NCBI GenBank assembly: GCA_964567945.1 | Contig: CAZMOS010000002.1 | Span: 6,664-70,663, forward strand | Length of the DNA: 64,000 bases | Direction: 5' to 3' | DNA from: an uncultured Lentimicrobiaceae bacterium | GTDB lineage: Bacteria; Bacteroidota; Bacteroidia; Bacteroidales; F082 | In this document: positions 39,260 to 48,815 of the stretch, one piece after another | How the letters are laid out: each line of letters begins with the position of its first letter | Position numbering within the stretch: the stretch's first letter is position 1 | Translations under genes and position numbers: made by a program | The notes under the pieces: generated by a model | What the model saw: the letters and a program-made list of their open reading frames with translations, nothing else | Databases searched by the model: none | Told to the model about the DNA's origin: nothing

Positions 39260-40144
39260 ATGAATGCATACGTTTTTCCCGGTCAGGGAGCCCAGTTTGT
39301 CGGAATGGGTAAAGACTTGTACGACTTCTCTTCCAAAGCCAGGGACATGTTCCACAAGGCCAACAGCATCCTGAAATTCAAAATTACGGATCTGATGTTT
39401 GAGGGCACGGAAGAAGACCTGAAACAGACCAATGTTACCCAGCCGGCTATTTTTCTCCATTCGGTCATCCTGGCCCGGGTAATGGCAGATTTCAAACCCG
39501 ATATGGTAGCAGGTCACTCGTTGGGAGAATTTTCTGCACTGGTAGCCAACAAGACCCTGACTTTTGAGGATGGATTGAAACTGGTAGCCAAACGTGCCCG
39601 GGCCATGCAAAAGGCATGTGAACTGGAACCTTCCACCATGGCAGCCATTATCGGATTGGATGATGCAGTTGTAGAACAGGTTTGTGCGGGCATCAAAGAT
39701 ATCGTTGTTCCTGCTAATTACAACAGTCCGGGACAAGTTGTTATTTCCGGCTCGGTTAAAGGCGTTGAAAAAGCGGTTAAGAAACTGGATGAAGCCGGAG
39801 CCAAAAGAACGTTAATTCTTAAAGTTGGCGGCGCTTTTCATTCACCTCTCATGGAACCGGCAAGGGTAGAGCTTGCAGCAGCCATCAACAAGACAAAATT
39901 CAACAGTGGCGTATGCCCTATCTATCAGAATGTTACCGGGCAGTCGGTTACAGACCCGGAGATCATTAAAAATAACCTGATCAAACAACTGACCTCACCC
40001 GTTTGGTGGACACGTATCATGCAAAATATGATCGCCGACGGCGCCAACAACATCATCGAAGTGGGACCGGGCAAAGTCTTACAGGGATTATTCAAAAAAA
40101 TAGACCGCAAGATCAAAACACAGAGCGCCGGAATAGAAAGCTAG
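39260..40144 (+). CDS. fabD: ACP S-malonyltransferase
   Basis: YVFPGQGAQFVGMG, the GHSLGEFSAL nucleophile elbow and GAFHSPLM. Confidence 0.95.
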   Translation: MNAYVFPGQGAQFVGMGKDLYDFSSKARDMFHKANSILKFKITDLMFEGTEEDLKQTNVTQPAIFLHSVILARVMADFKPDMVAGHSLGEFSALVANKTLTFEDGLKLVAKRARAMQKACELEPSTMAAIIGLDDAVVEQVCAGIKDIVVPANYNSPGQVVISGSVKGVEKAVKKLDEAGAKRTLILKVGGAFHSPLMEPARVELAAAINKTKFNSGVCPIYQNVTGQSVTDPEIIKNNLIKQLTSPVWWTRIMQNMIADGANNIIEVGPGKVLQGLFKKIDRKIKTQSAGIES

Positions 40145-40162
40145 CCGGTTTCTTCCTTTATA

Positions 40163-40209
40163 AACCTGTCAGGTTTTTGCAGACCTTTGGGGATGCAATC
40201 TGACAGGTT
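40163..40209. repeat. Paired AACCTGTCAGGTT palindromic element (family E, copy 2)
   Basis: AACCTGTCAGGTT (40163-40175) and AATCTGACAGGTT (40197-40209) form a stem of about 10 bp around a 21-nt spacer. The architecture matches 5633-5680. Confidence 0.7.
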
Positions 40210-40250
40210 TTATTGTTTGAAAAATACATTCCGTTCCTTTGGAACTACAG

Positions 40251-40308
40251 ACTCTTCCAAGTCCTACGGACTCTGGAAGGTCTATTCTGCCCTATACCCT
40301 TATACCTC
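40251..40308 (+). repeat. Intergenic repeat family D, copy 1 (hairpin plus TATACC tail)
   Basis: ACTCTTCCAAGTCCTACGGACTCTGGAAGGTCTATTCTGCCCTATACCCTTATACCTC. The internal hairpin is CTTCCAAGTCC-tac-GGACTCTGGAAG. Confidence 0.75.
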
Positions 40309-40498
40309 ATTCTCTCCTCTTTCCTTTTCTATCATTCTTCAAATAATCCACAATTTATCAGTTTTTTATACCATCCACAGGTTTTTTGCCGGGCTCCGCT
40401 TTCAGGGGGGCTATTATTTTACCGATTTCAATAAAGACATCAACCACAATTATTTCGGGCTGTATTTAACACCGGTGGTTGTGGGGGTGAATTTTTAA

Positions 40499-43039
40499 TC
40501 AATACGAATCCACCAGGGAATAAACTTTCACTGCCTTTTGAAGATCCGGAATCTCCTCATCAATCTGAAAAACAGTGGTTACGGGCTGCCCCGGAATGAG
40601 ATCAAAAAAGTTGACGGTGAAGAATCCTTTGCCGTCGTCAGTGGAAAGAAATACTTCTTTTGCAAAAATATCGCTTGTAAAAGTCAGCTCATAGCCGTTT
40701 TCCACTTTTTGTGATGTAAAGCTTATCTTTCCCTTTTGCAGCATTAAATTCTTCGGATAAACAAAAAAGAAATGATTTTCTGCCTGCTGACCATTTTCTC
40801 CAGTAAATTTTGCTGTCAGTATCACATCATTTTTAGCATGTCCGTTAAGGAATTTACCGGCCGGGACCGAGTAATAGATCTGACTTGAATTCGGCGCCAC
40901 TTCAGTATCCTTTTTCACCGATTTCACAAGTTTCCCTTTAAAATCATACAGTTTCATTTCCAGCGTCCCATTTAACGGCTGTCGCGCATCGGATATCACA
41001 TAAACGTTTAATCTGTTTTTTTCGATCACCGGCGATACCAGGATTTTCCTGTATATGTCCCTGACCCTGTAATGCAGCGCTTTCCATTTTCCGTAATAAT
41101 CCACGCTTGACCAGGAAGCCACGGGATAACAGTCGTTCAACTGCCAGTAAAGCGTTCCCATACAGCGGGGCATGGAGCGGCGGTGGGCTTCGATGGCCAT
41201 ATCCATACCATACGACTGCAATAGCTGGCTGATATAAAGATATGCCCTGAAATCCTTCGGGAAACGGTAATACCATTTGATGTATTTGTCAATCACAGGA
41301 TAGCCGATGCGGTGCTTCTGGTGGGTGAGCATCACCTGGGAATGAATATCCCGGTCCTCCGGAATGGTGAACTTTTTTATGGAGCTCATTTCCGGCAAAC
41401 TCTGGAAACCGTATTCGCTCATAAACCGGCCGATGTTTTCCGGTTTTTTGAATTCTTCAAACGGCTCCTGCCCGTGCCACACGCCCCAATAATGCACATC
41501 ACCCTCCGTGTTTACCCGTCCGTCCCAGTTTGTTGACGGTGACGACGGCCAGTAAAACCGCTCCGGATCGTATTTTCTGATGACTTCGGGCAGGATTTGC
41601 TCAAACAGCTTTTCATAATCGTGCCACACTTTCGCCGAATCGGCTTTGTTGTATTTTTTTGGCCACCCCCAGTGACGCCAACCGACACTGACCTCATTGT
41701 TGCCACACCACAGGGCAATGGAGGGGTGGTTTCGCAGCCGTTTCACATTTTGGATGGCTTCCTCTTTCACGTTTTTCAGGAAATGTTCGTCGCCGGGATA
41801 CATGGCGCAGGCAAACATAAAATCCTGCCACACCAGCAGTCCGTTTTCATCGCACAGGTCGTAAAAAATATCTTTTTCATAAAAACCGCCGCCCCACACA
41901 CGAAGCATGTTCATATTGGCATCCACGGCATCTTTTATGGTACGTTTGTAAGTTTCAATGGTCGGGCGGTTGAGGAACATATCCTGCGGGATGTAGTTGG
42001 CACCTTTCATAAAAACGGGAACACCGTTCAGTTCGAAATAAAAACTCTTGCCAAGCGAGTCAGGTTTCTGAACCAGTTTGAGCGTCCGGAGACCTGTTCT
42101 TCCGCTGATGGAATCCACTGTTCTTCTGTTGATCTTCATTTCCGTTTTAAAAGTATAGAGATAGGGATCACCCAGGCCATTGGTCCACCAGCGTTTTGGG
42201 TTTTCAATGGTGAAAAACAGCCCCGCTTTGTTCATTCCCTTTTTTAAATGAAAAACATTCTGTTCCTTTTGTCCCGTATTTTCACAAACGGCTGTGATCT
42301 CTACCTCCACGTCCTTATCCGCTTCAATTTCATAAAGCAGCGTGAGATCAGCCTTTTTATCGGTCAGGCCGTTTTGGTAGATCCACATATTACGTATGCG
42401 GGCATTGTTCCAGCCCTCCAGCAGAACGGGTTGCCAGATGCCCTGGGTCACAAAAACGGGCCCCCAATCCCACCCGAAATGGTAAGCCGGTTTGCGGGTA
42501 TATGCGTAGAGGTATTCCAGCGGTATCCGGCTTTTTTCCTTTTTCTCTTTGTTGACTTTTATGGGAGAGGTAAATCGTATTTCCAGTGTGTTTTTCCCTT
42601 CTTTGAGCAACGGTTTGGCGTTCACCCGCCATTCCCTGAAAAAGTTGTCGGCTTTTAGCACTGGCGCATTGTTCAGGTAAACATCAGCATAAGTGTCCAG
42701 CCCTTTGAACACCAGTTCCACATTGTCCATTTTCATGATTCCGGGGGCTGCCCTAAATTCGGTTTGATATACCCAGTCTTTTTCACCGATCCACTGGAGA
42801 CTGTCTTCGTTAGTGCGGTAATAGGGATCGGGTATTTCGCCATTGGCCAGCAGGTCCATCTGGACGCAGCCGGGAACTTTTGCCGGCAGGATTTTGTCGC
42901 TGCCCTTTTCGTGGAATTTCCATTCTGCTTTTGAGAGGTCCATGATCTTTCTCTTTTTTGTGCTGTTACAGGAAGTGATGCCCGGGAGAATCAGGATAAC
43001 CAGGATGACTAACCGCAAAAGGGATAAGTATTTTTGCAT
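40499..43039 (-). CDS. Beta-mannosidase (glycoside hydrolase family 2), secreted
   Basis: 846 aa with a signal/lipoprotein-like N-terminus (ILPGITSCNS). GH2 sugar-binding and Ig-like domains are present. The TIM barrel has WCGNNE (acid/base) and MSEYGFQS (nucleophile Glu). Length and motif order fit Man2A-type beta-mannosidases. Confidence 0.85.
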   Translation of the reverse strand: MQKYLSLLRLVILVILILPGITSCNSTKKRKIMDLSKAEWKFHEKGSDKILPAKVPGCVQMDLLANGEIPDPYYRTNEDSLQWIGEKDWVYQTEFRAAPGIMKMDNVELVFKGLDTYADVYLNNAPVLKADNFFREWRVNAKPLLKEGKNTLEIRFTSPIKVNKEKKEKSRIPLEYLYAYTRKPAYHFGWDWGPVFVTQGIWQPVLLEGWNNARIRNMWIYQNGLTDKKADLTLLYEIEADKDVEVEITAVCENTGQKEQNVFHLKKGMNKAGLFFTIENPKRWWTNGLGDPYLYTFKTEMKINRRTVDSISGRTGLRTLKLVQKPDSLGKSFYFELNGVPVFMKGANYIPQDMFLNRPTIETYKRTIKDAVDANMNMLRVWGGGFYEKDIFYDLCDENGLLVWQDFMFACAMYPGDEHFLKNVKEEAIQNVKRLRNHPSIALWCGNNEVSVGWRHWGWPKKYNKADSAKVWHDYEKLFEQILPEVIRKYDPERFYWPSSPSTNWDGRVNTEGDVHYWGVWHGQEPFEEFKKPENIGRFMSEYGFQSLPEMSSIKKFTIPEDRDIHSQVMLTHQKHRIGYPVIDKYIKWYYRFPKDFRAYLYISQLLQSYGMDMAIEAHRRSMPRCMGTLYWQLNDCYPVASWSSVDYYGKWKALHYRVRDIYRKILVSPVIEKNRLNVYVISDARQPLNGTLEMKLYDFKGKLVKSVKKDTEVAPNSSQIYYSVPAGKFLNGHAKNDVILTAKFTGENGQQAENHFFFVYPKNLMLQKGKISFTSQKVENGYELTFTSDIFAKEVFLSTDDGKGFFTVNFFDLIPGQPVTTVFQIDEEIPDLQKAVKVYSLVDSY

Positions 43040-43592
43040 TTGTTTTGTCTTTGGAATGATAAAAATACTATTTCCTGCCGCTGGCAGTTTGGTTTATTTG
43101 TATTTTCCTGAATCTTTCGTGCCAACGACTTCAGTCGCCGTAATCGAATCAATCAAAGAGTTGTGAAATACGGCGACTCAAGTCGCCGGTACAGTAGTTT
43201 TACATCAAGATAGAAATCCTCTGAAGAAATAAATTAAGAAGGATTTATATATTTACAGAAATTCTAAATTTCGGAGAATTATAAAATAATCCCGTAAGGA
43301 TAAAATGTCATAGCCAGGGACGTGAGTCCCTGGTAAAAGGGAAAGTGAGATTAAGTTCCGTAGGAACGGTATGTTTTTAACCCTGACCCCACACTCGTAA
43401 ATTTTATTCTTACCTCTCGGATTTAAGACAAGTATTCATCCGAATAACGAATCCCTGTTTTTTTATTGAGCACAGAGAAAAAATATTTTGTTTATCAATT
43501 CACTAAGCATTATTTTTCCGGCTATGAAAGTAACCTTCCGGCCGGGCCGGAAGACTTGAGAGAACAACCACTCACTCACTAATCCTCCATCC

Positions 43593-43668
43593 ACTCTTCC
43601 AGGTCCTGCGGACTCTGGAAGGTTTATCCTGTCTCCCAACACCTTATACCCCTATACCTTTATACCTC
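43593..43668 (+). repeat. Intergenic repeat family D, copy 2
   Basis: ACTCTTCCAGGTCCTGCGGACTCTGGAAGGTTTATCCTGTCTCCCAACACCTTATACCCCTATACCTTTATACCTC has the same orientation as 40251-40308 and lies on the other side of the GH2 gene. Confidence 0.75.
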
Positions 43669-43696
43669 CCCCACTTTCAACATTCATCACTAAACA

Positions 43697-45082
43697 TTAC
43701 TTATACACCTTCTTCACGAACTCCTCCACTTCCGGCACACCGCCCTGGTAAACGAGGTAGCCGTTGTATGGCTCACGCAGGGTGATCTCGTCATTGACGG
43801 GGGTGAGCATCATTTCCTTAACCTTTTGCGGGTCATGGGTTTGTCCGAGTATCCAGCTCAGTTTCACCCAGGCCACTTCGGGCAGCATGTTTCCTGCCGG
43901 GATGATGCCTTTGGCCATCATGTCGCGGCCGGTATCGTAAACGAACATGTGCACATATCCCCAGATGGTCTGCAAAGTCATGTACATGTGAACGCCTTTT
44001 GCCTGTGCCCTTTCTATGGCGGGATACAATTCCTTGTTCACATGTCCCAGACCTGTCCCCACAAAGATGATCCCCCGGTAACCGGCATCAATCATGGCGT
44101 CCAGCACATCGGGCTTCATGCCGGGGTAGTAATAAAGCATGGTCACCTCATCGCTGAAATAAGGTAATATTTTCACATTTTTGTCGCTGCGGCGCCGGTT
44201 GTAATCTTCCTTGATGGGAATGATCTCTTCACGGTTTACGCGTGCCAGGGGCGTATCGCCGATGGTGCGGAAAGTGGAACGGTAGGAAGAGTGCATTTTG
44301 CGTACCCTTGTCCCTTTGTGCAGCAAACCGTATTTATCCGAAGTGGGCCCGAACATACAGACCATCACTTCGGCAATGTCGGAATGTCCGGAGGCTTTCA
44401 TGGCATGCATCAGGTTGAGAGCCGCATCGGAACTGGGCCGGTCGGAAGATCGCTGCGAGCCCACCAGTACTACGGGTACCGGAAGGTTCTGCACCATAAA
44501 TGTAAGTGCTGCCCCGGTATGGTGAAGCGTGTCGGTGCCGTGGCCGATCACAATACCGTCAACCCCTTTTTTGATCTCTTTCCCGATGGCTTTAGCCAGG
44601 GCAATGTATTGTTTCGGCCCCATGTTTTCACTGAAAACAGCAAACACCTTTTCGGTTTCCAGGTTGCAGATGTCAGCCAGCTCGGGCACAGCGCCGTACA
44701 GCTCGCCGGGGGAAAATGCAGGAATAACGGCGCCTGTCCGGTAATCCAGCCGTGAAGCGATCGTGCCTCCGGTCCCGAACAGCTTTACTTTCGGCAGGCC
44801 GGGAGTAACCGGGAATTCCTTCTCCGGGATTTTGTAATTGGCTTTTTTGTAGCCGGTTTCTTTCATCCGGATAATGGTTCGTATATCTAGGCCGATATTA
44901 TAACCCGTGATAATTTTGATGACGATATGCTGGTCATCATCATTTTCGGAACGGGGCAGCACGGTGCCTTCAAATGTCCCCCGTGTGGTTTCGGCTTTTA
45001 GCTGCCCCCATACCCGCACTTTGTATTTTTTCAACACTTCAAGGGCTTCGCCTTTGTATCCCTGAAAAATATCTTCTGTCAT
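43697..45082 (-). CDS. gatD: Glu-tRNA(Gln) amidotransferase subunit D, archaeal type (asparaginase-like)
   Basis: The N-terminal GatD-specific domain reads YKGEALEVLKKY...GTFEGTVLPRSENDDDQHIVIKIITGYNIGLDI. The type-I asparaginase core has GTGGTIASRLDYRTGAV, GHGTDTLHHTGAAL and SQRSSDRPSSDAALNL. The C-terminal domain has GTGLGHV and MLPEVAWVKLSWILGQT. It lies 2 nt downstream of gatE. Confidence 0.88.
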   Translation of the reverse strand: MTEDIFQGYKGEALEVLKKYKVRVWGQLKAETTRGTFEGTVLPRSENDDDQHIVIKIITGYNIGLDIRTIIRMKETGYKKANYKIPEKEFPVTPGLPKVKLFGTGGTIASRLDYRTGAVIPAFSPGELYGAVPELADICNLETEKVFAVFSENMGPKQYIALAKAIGKEIKKGVDGIVIGHGTDTLHHTGAALTFMVQNLPVPVVLVGSQRSSDRPSSDAALNLMHAMKASGHSDIAEVMVCMFGPTSDKYGLLHKGTRVRKMHSSYRSTFRTIGDTPLARVNREEIIPIKEDYNRRRSDKNVKILPYFSDEVTMLYYYPGMKPDVLDAMIDAGYRGIIFVGTGLGHVNKELYPAIERAQAKGVHMYMTLQTIWGYVHMFVYDTGRDMMAKGIIPAGNMLPEVAWVKLSWILGQTHDPQKVKEMMLTPVNDEITLREPYNGYLVYQGGVPEVEEFVKKVYK

Positions 45083-45084
45083 GG

Positions 45085-47031
45085 TTATATTTTATTGCTT
45101 AATTCCGTCAAATTCATATTGCCGATGGCAACACTTCTCAATTGTCCCATCACCCAGTTCTTCCGTTCAGTCTCTCCTCCTTTTTTGTGGTTATTTCCAA
45201 ACTTTTCATTCAAAACCTGAATCTGATCAAGTATGGTTTCAGGACTTACCCGTTTAAACTTTATCGAGTTGAGAATGGACTCGAAATCCATTTTTGCATT
45301 TTGCATCACAACGGGAAGCATGTTTCCAGCCAGGTTAAAATCCAGGTTTTCTTTTTTCAGAAAAGCAAGCATGTGATACAATATCGAATATTTGAAATCC
45401 TCTGCGCAGCATACTTTGTTCTCAACCGATTTCAAAGTATGACCGAAAAAAGTCCCCACAAATTTGGGATCAATATCCAGTTCTTCGATGATCCGTGATA
45501 TAAGGCCAAAGTGATCTTTTGAAAAGATATAGGTATAGGTATCTTCGGGTATCCCCCATTTTTTCAGCTTTTTATATCTGATGATAATGTCTTCCGGCAG
45601 ATTTTTTTTCAGCTTTTCAATGTCTTCGTCATCCAGCGGAATGGGCGCCGAATCTGTATCGGGATACATGCGGTCGGCACCCGGCAAGACCCGCTCAAAA
45701 ATTGTGGTGCCGTCCTCAAAAGATTTCCGCGTTTCATTGGGAATTCCCTCAAGGGCCATCCGGCATCTTTCTTCCACCGTTTCAAGGGCTACGGGAATAT
45801 CTCCGGCAGGGCCGGTAATGATCACCTGTGCGTCATTATCCTGTGCCCCCAGCAATTCCCTGATCTGTTTCCATTGTTCCTCCGAAACAACCGGTTCAAA
45901 CATTTCGGAATGCAACATGTTGGGGTGCTCAATGCAGGCAATCACCTTCAGGCGGACTGCAATTTCATCGGCAAACATTTTTCCCGGCTGGGTAAACCAT
46001 GACAGAGCGTCTTTAAAATCAGGCAGGTTCACAGCTACAAGTTTTTCGGCATGTTCCGGAAGTTTAACACCTTTCAGTATCCGTTTTCCGAGTTCAACCG
46101 AACTGATCTTCCAGTTGTCCGGTTTATTTATCCGTTTTTTTAACTCATCCCGTAAGAGCAAGAGCGACCATTGCCTGAAAGCTTCATTGTGTGTCAGTTT
46201 CTGGATCCATTTGGTATGTGCCACACCTTTGATCTCCACCCTGGAGCCGCCCCGGCAACTGACATTCACATCCTGGCGTCCAGCTCCCATACCCGTCCGT
46301 ACTTTGCCGGTACTCCGGTTCAGGAAACGGATGTAATCACAAGTGTCTCTTACTTCATGAGGATTCAAACAATCAGGGTAAGTTACCGTTTCGATGAGCG
46401 GCATACCCAGGCGGTCGGTTTTATAAACACGCGTATGCCCCACATCCGAAATCTCGCGGCACGAATCTTCTTCAATGCTCAACTGGATAAGCCGTATTTT
46501 TTTGTACGGCAGTTCTATCTCGCCTTCCACACCCAGGATAGCCGTACGCTGAAATCCCGTAGGGATACTCCCGTCAAGATACTGCTTGCGGGTGATGTGA
46601 ACTTCCCCCACAATATTCAATTTCGATAATAGTGATATCTCCAGTGCAATCTCCAGCGCGTCCCTGTTCATGGGAAAAGGGGGTGTATCATCTACTTCAT
46701 AAGTACAGGCCGATTGATTTTTTAAGCGGTATATGATCTGTTTCCTGGTCTTGAATTCCATCAAAGCGGTGCCGTCGTATTCACCCAGTTCGCTCAGTGT
46801 CGGACGCATGTGGCGGATGAGTTCGGCATCGTAATCATCATGGTCATTATAAACTCCGGATGGGCAATGACAAAAGAGTTTTTCACGCGTAAGCAACTGC
46901 TGGTGAACTTCCAGCCCCGACATGAATCCGATGCGGTCGTAATCTTTTTGGGTGGCTTCTTTCAACGTGACATATCCTGCTTTCCTGCGGCTTTCTTCAT
47001 AATTGCGTTTCGGATCGAACTTCATTTTCAA
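45085..47031 (-). CDS. gatE: Glu-tRNA(Gln) amidotransferase subunit E, archaeal type
   Basis: The GatB/E cradle domain has GLEVHQQLLTREKLFCHCPS, MRPTLSELG, ACTYEVDDTPPFPMN, TGFQRTAI, RLGMPLIETVTYPD, and GAGRQDVNVS followed a few residues later by GGSRVEIKGV. At 648 aa with an extra inserted domain after the cradle it fits GatE rather than the roughly 480-aa GatB. It is paired with gatD. Confidence 0.85.
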   Translation of the reverse strand: MKMKFDPKRNYEESRRKAGYVTLKEATQKDYDRIGFMSGLEVHQQLLTREKLFCHCPSGVYNDHDDYDAELIRHMRPTLSELGEYDGTALMEFKTRKQIIYRLKNQSACTYEVDDTPPFPMNRDALEIALEISLLSKLNIVGEVHITRKQYLDGSIPTGFQRTAILGVEGEIELPYKKIRLIQLSIEEDSCREISDVGHTRVYKTDRLGMPLIETVTYPDCLNPHEVRDTCDYIRFLNRSTGKVRTGMGAGRQDVNVSCRGGSRVEIKGVAHTKWIQKLTHNEAFRQWSLLLLRDELKKRINKPDNWKISSVELGKRILKGVKLPEHAEKLVAVNLPDFKDALSWFTQPGKMFADEIAVRLKVIACIEHPNMLHSEMFEPVVSEEQWKQIRELLGAQDNDAQVIITGPAGDIPVALETVEERCRMALEGIPNETRKSFEDGTTIFERVLPGADRMYPDTDSAPIPLDDEDIEKLKKNLPEDIIIRYKKLKKWGIPEDTYTYIFSKDHFGLISRIIEELDIDPKFVGTFFGHTLKSVENKVCCAEDFKYSILYHMLAFLKKENLDFNLAGNMLPVVMQNAKMDFESILNSIKFKRVSPETILDQIQVLNEKFGNNHKKGGETERKNWVMGQLRSVAIGNMNLTELSNKI

Positions 47032-47120
47032 TCTGTTTTCTGTTCAAAAAAATAAAGCGCTAATGTAGGAAAGTTAACCAGAACATTTGTCTGCAACAAA
47101 ACGAATGACCTCATTATTTT

Positions 47121-47128
47121 TACATTTG
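47121..47128 (+). promoter_or_regulatory. -7 box TACATTTG
   Basis: TAnnTTTG match 36 nt upstream of the TTG start at 47164. Confidence 0.45.
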
Positions 47129-47163
47129 CAGTATGAAGACAATCTTTTGCAAAGTTTGGAACT

Positions 47164-48750
47164 TTGGGAAAGACAATAAGTTGTTTTCAAAATTGTTTAT
47201 TTGATACATACAACAACAAAGACCGTTTATTGAAATCCGCTGTCCACATAATCGTTGCCGCTTTTATTTTTTTATTTCTCGCCGGCCTGACCACTTCGTT
47301 AAAGGCCCAGCGAAAAACAAAAATATACGTAGAGAAAACGGATGTCCAGCGATACACTAAAAAAATAGGAAAGGAAAGATTGCTCGGCAATGTGATCATA
47401 CGCCAGGGCAATACCCGTTTTTACAGTGACAGCGCTTATCTTGACGATAAAAAAAACAGTTTTGAAGCATTCAGCAATGTCCATATCAATGTGAATGACA
47501 CCATAGATGTCTATGGCAACCGGTTGCATTATAACGGCAATACCCGCATAGCTGAAATCTTCGGCGATGTTAAACTGGTTGACAAAAAAGCCACACTGAC
47601 AACTCCTCATCTGGTTTACAACAGAAATACCAAAATAGCCTTTTACGACCAGGGAGGAACCATTGTCAGCAAAGACAATACGCTGACAAGTAAAAGCGGT
47701 TATTATCAAACAGAAAACAAAACCTTTTATTTCAGAAAAGATGTGGTGCTGGTGAATCCGAGATCGGAAACATATTCTGACACTTTGATTTACAATACCG
47801 TGACGGAAACAGCTTTTTTTATCGGCCCGACAGTCATCAGGGGAAAAGAAAGCACAATTTATACCGAAAAAGGGTGGTACAATACAAAAACGGATTTTTC
47901 AAAACTGACCAAAAGGCCGGTGATCAGCAGTTCACAGCAAACCATCACTGCCGACAGTATCCATTACAATAACCTGACCTCTTTTGGCGAAGCATTTGGC
48001 CGGGTTGAAATACAGGACACATTACACAGTGTCATTATCAGGGGTAAGTTAGGTAAGATGTGGGACAAAAGTGGGGTGTCCTACATCACCGACAGCGCCA
48101 TGGCCATAACCTATGACGACAAAGACAGCATGTTTATTCATGCCGATACCCTGTGGATGTATTTTGACAAAAAACGGCAGGCCAAAAAGATGCTGGCTTA
48201 TTATACTGTCAGATTTTACCGTGATGATCTGCAGGGCCGGTGCGACTCGTTGGCTTACAGCATGAACGATTCAACCATCCGGCTTTATCATGAACCCGTA
48301 TTGTGGTCTGGCGAAAACCAGTTGACATCCGACTCCATTCATGTCGTGGTCTCGGGTAACCAGCTTGACTCTCTGGTGATGTTTAATACGGCTTTTATCG
48401 TTTCCCTCGATTCGCTTGATAAATACAATCAGATCAGGGGGAAAGACATGATCGGTTACTTCCGGAATAACCAATTGTATGAAATTCTTGTTGACGGGAA
48501 CGCCCAAACGCTTTATTACATCCGTGAAGATGACGGAAACCTGCTTGGGATTGACGTGGCCGAATCCAGCTCCATGGTTATCCGGTTAAAGAAAAACGAG
48601 GTAAACATTATCAAATATGTTTCGAGCATCAAAGAAATAACCTACCCTGAAAAAAAACTTCCCTCCGACATGAAGCTGTTAAAAGGTTTTAACTGGAAAG
48701 AAGAGCTGAGGCCGAAAAATAAAATGGATATTTTCAGGAAGACGAAGTGA
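47164..48750 (+). CDS. OstA-like (LptA/LptD N-terminal fold repeats) envelope protein
   Basis: An N-terminal TM anchor is followed by repeated OstA-type beta-jellyroll segments (GNVIIRQGNTRFYSDSAYLDDKKNSFEAFSNVHI...GNRLHYNGNTRIAEIFGDVKLVD...). TTG start as given in the track; no in-frame ATG precedes the anchor. Confidence 0.7.
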   Translation: MGKTISCFQNCLFDTYNNKDRLLKSAVHIIVAAFIFLFLAGLTTSLKAQRKTKIYVEKTDVQRYTKKIGKERLLGNVIIRQGNTRFYSDSAYLDDKKNSFEAFSNVHINVNDTIDVYGNRLHYNGNTRIAEIFGDVKLVDKKATLTTPHLVYNRNTKIAFYDQGGTIVSKDNTLTSKSGYYQTENKTFYFRKDVVLVNPRSETYSDTLIYNTVTETAFFIGPTVIRGKESTIYTEKGWYNTKTDFSKLTKRPVISSSQQTITADSIHYNNLTSFGEAFGRVEIQDTLHSVIIRGKLGKMWDKSGVSYITDSAMAITYDDKDSMFIHADTLWMYFDKKRQAKKMLAYYTVRFYRDDLQGRCDSLAYSMNDSTIRLYHEPVLWSGENQLTSDSIHVVVSGNQLDSLVMFNTAFIVSLDSLDKYNQIRGKDMIGYFRNNQLYEILVDGNAQTLYYIREDDGNLLGIDVAESSSMVIRLKKNEVNIIKYVSSIKEITYPEKKLPSDMKLLKGFNWKEELRPKNKMDIFRKTK

Positions 48751-48762
48751 AATTATTCTATT

Positions 48763-48815
48763 GCACCATGCACCCCGTATCTCGTATCTCGCACCCTGCA
48801 CCCCGCGCCCCGCAG
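48763..48815 (+). repeat. C-rich direct-repeat spacer between convergent genes
   Basis: GCACCATGCACCCCGTATCTCGTATCTCGCACCCTGCACCCCGCGCCCCGCAG contains GCACC(C) words and a tandem CGTATCT x2. No stable hairpin is present. Confidence 0.6.

Noticed and set aside
40187-40498. ORFs 40187-40498 and 40213-40434 between fabD and the mannosidase gene
   Set aside because: They are read-throughs of the family D/E repeats and the TATACC tract. They have no start context or promoter box, and the peptide content looks repetitive.
41312-46629. Plus-strand ORFs inside the mannosidase, gatD and gatE genes (for example 41597-42247, 44291-44755, 45581-46336)
   Set aside because: They lie antisense to genes with clear catalytic motifs, and I recognised no motif of their own.
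40145-47163. The mannosidase-gatDE segment as a bona fide mobile genetic element or genomic island
   Set aside because: There is no integrase, transposase, conjugation or phage gene, and no tRNA-derived att repeat is visible. Only short dispersed repeats flank the genes. I report these as observations and do not annotate a mobile element.
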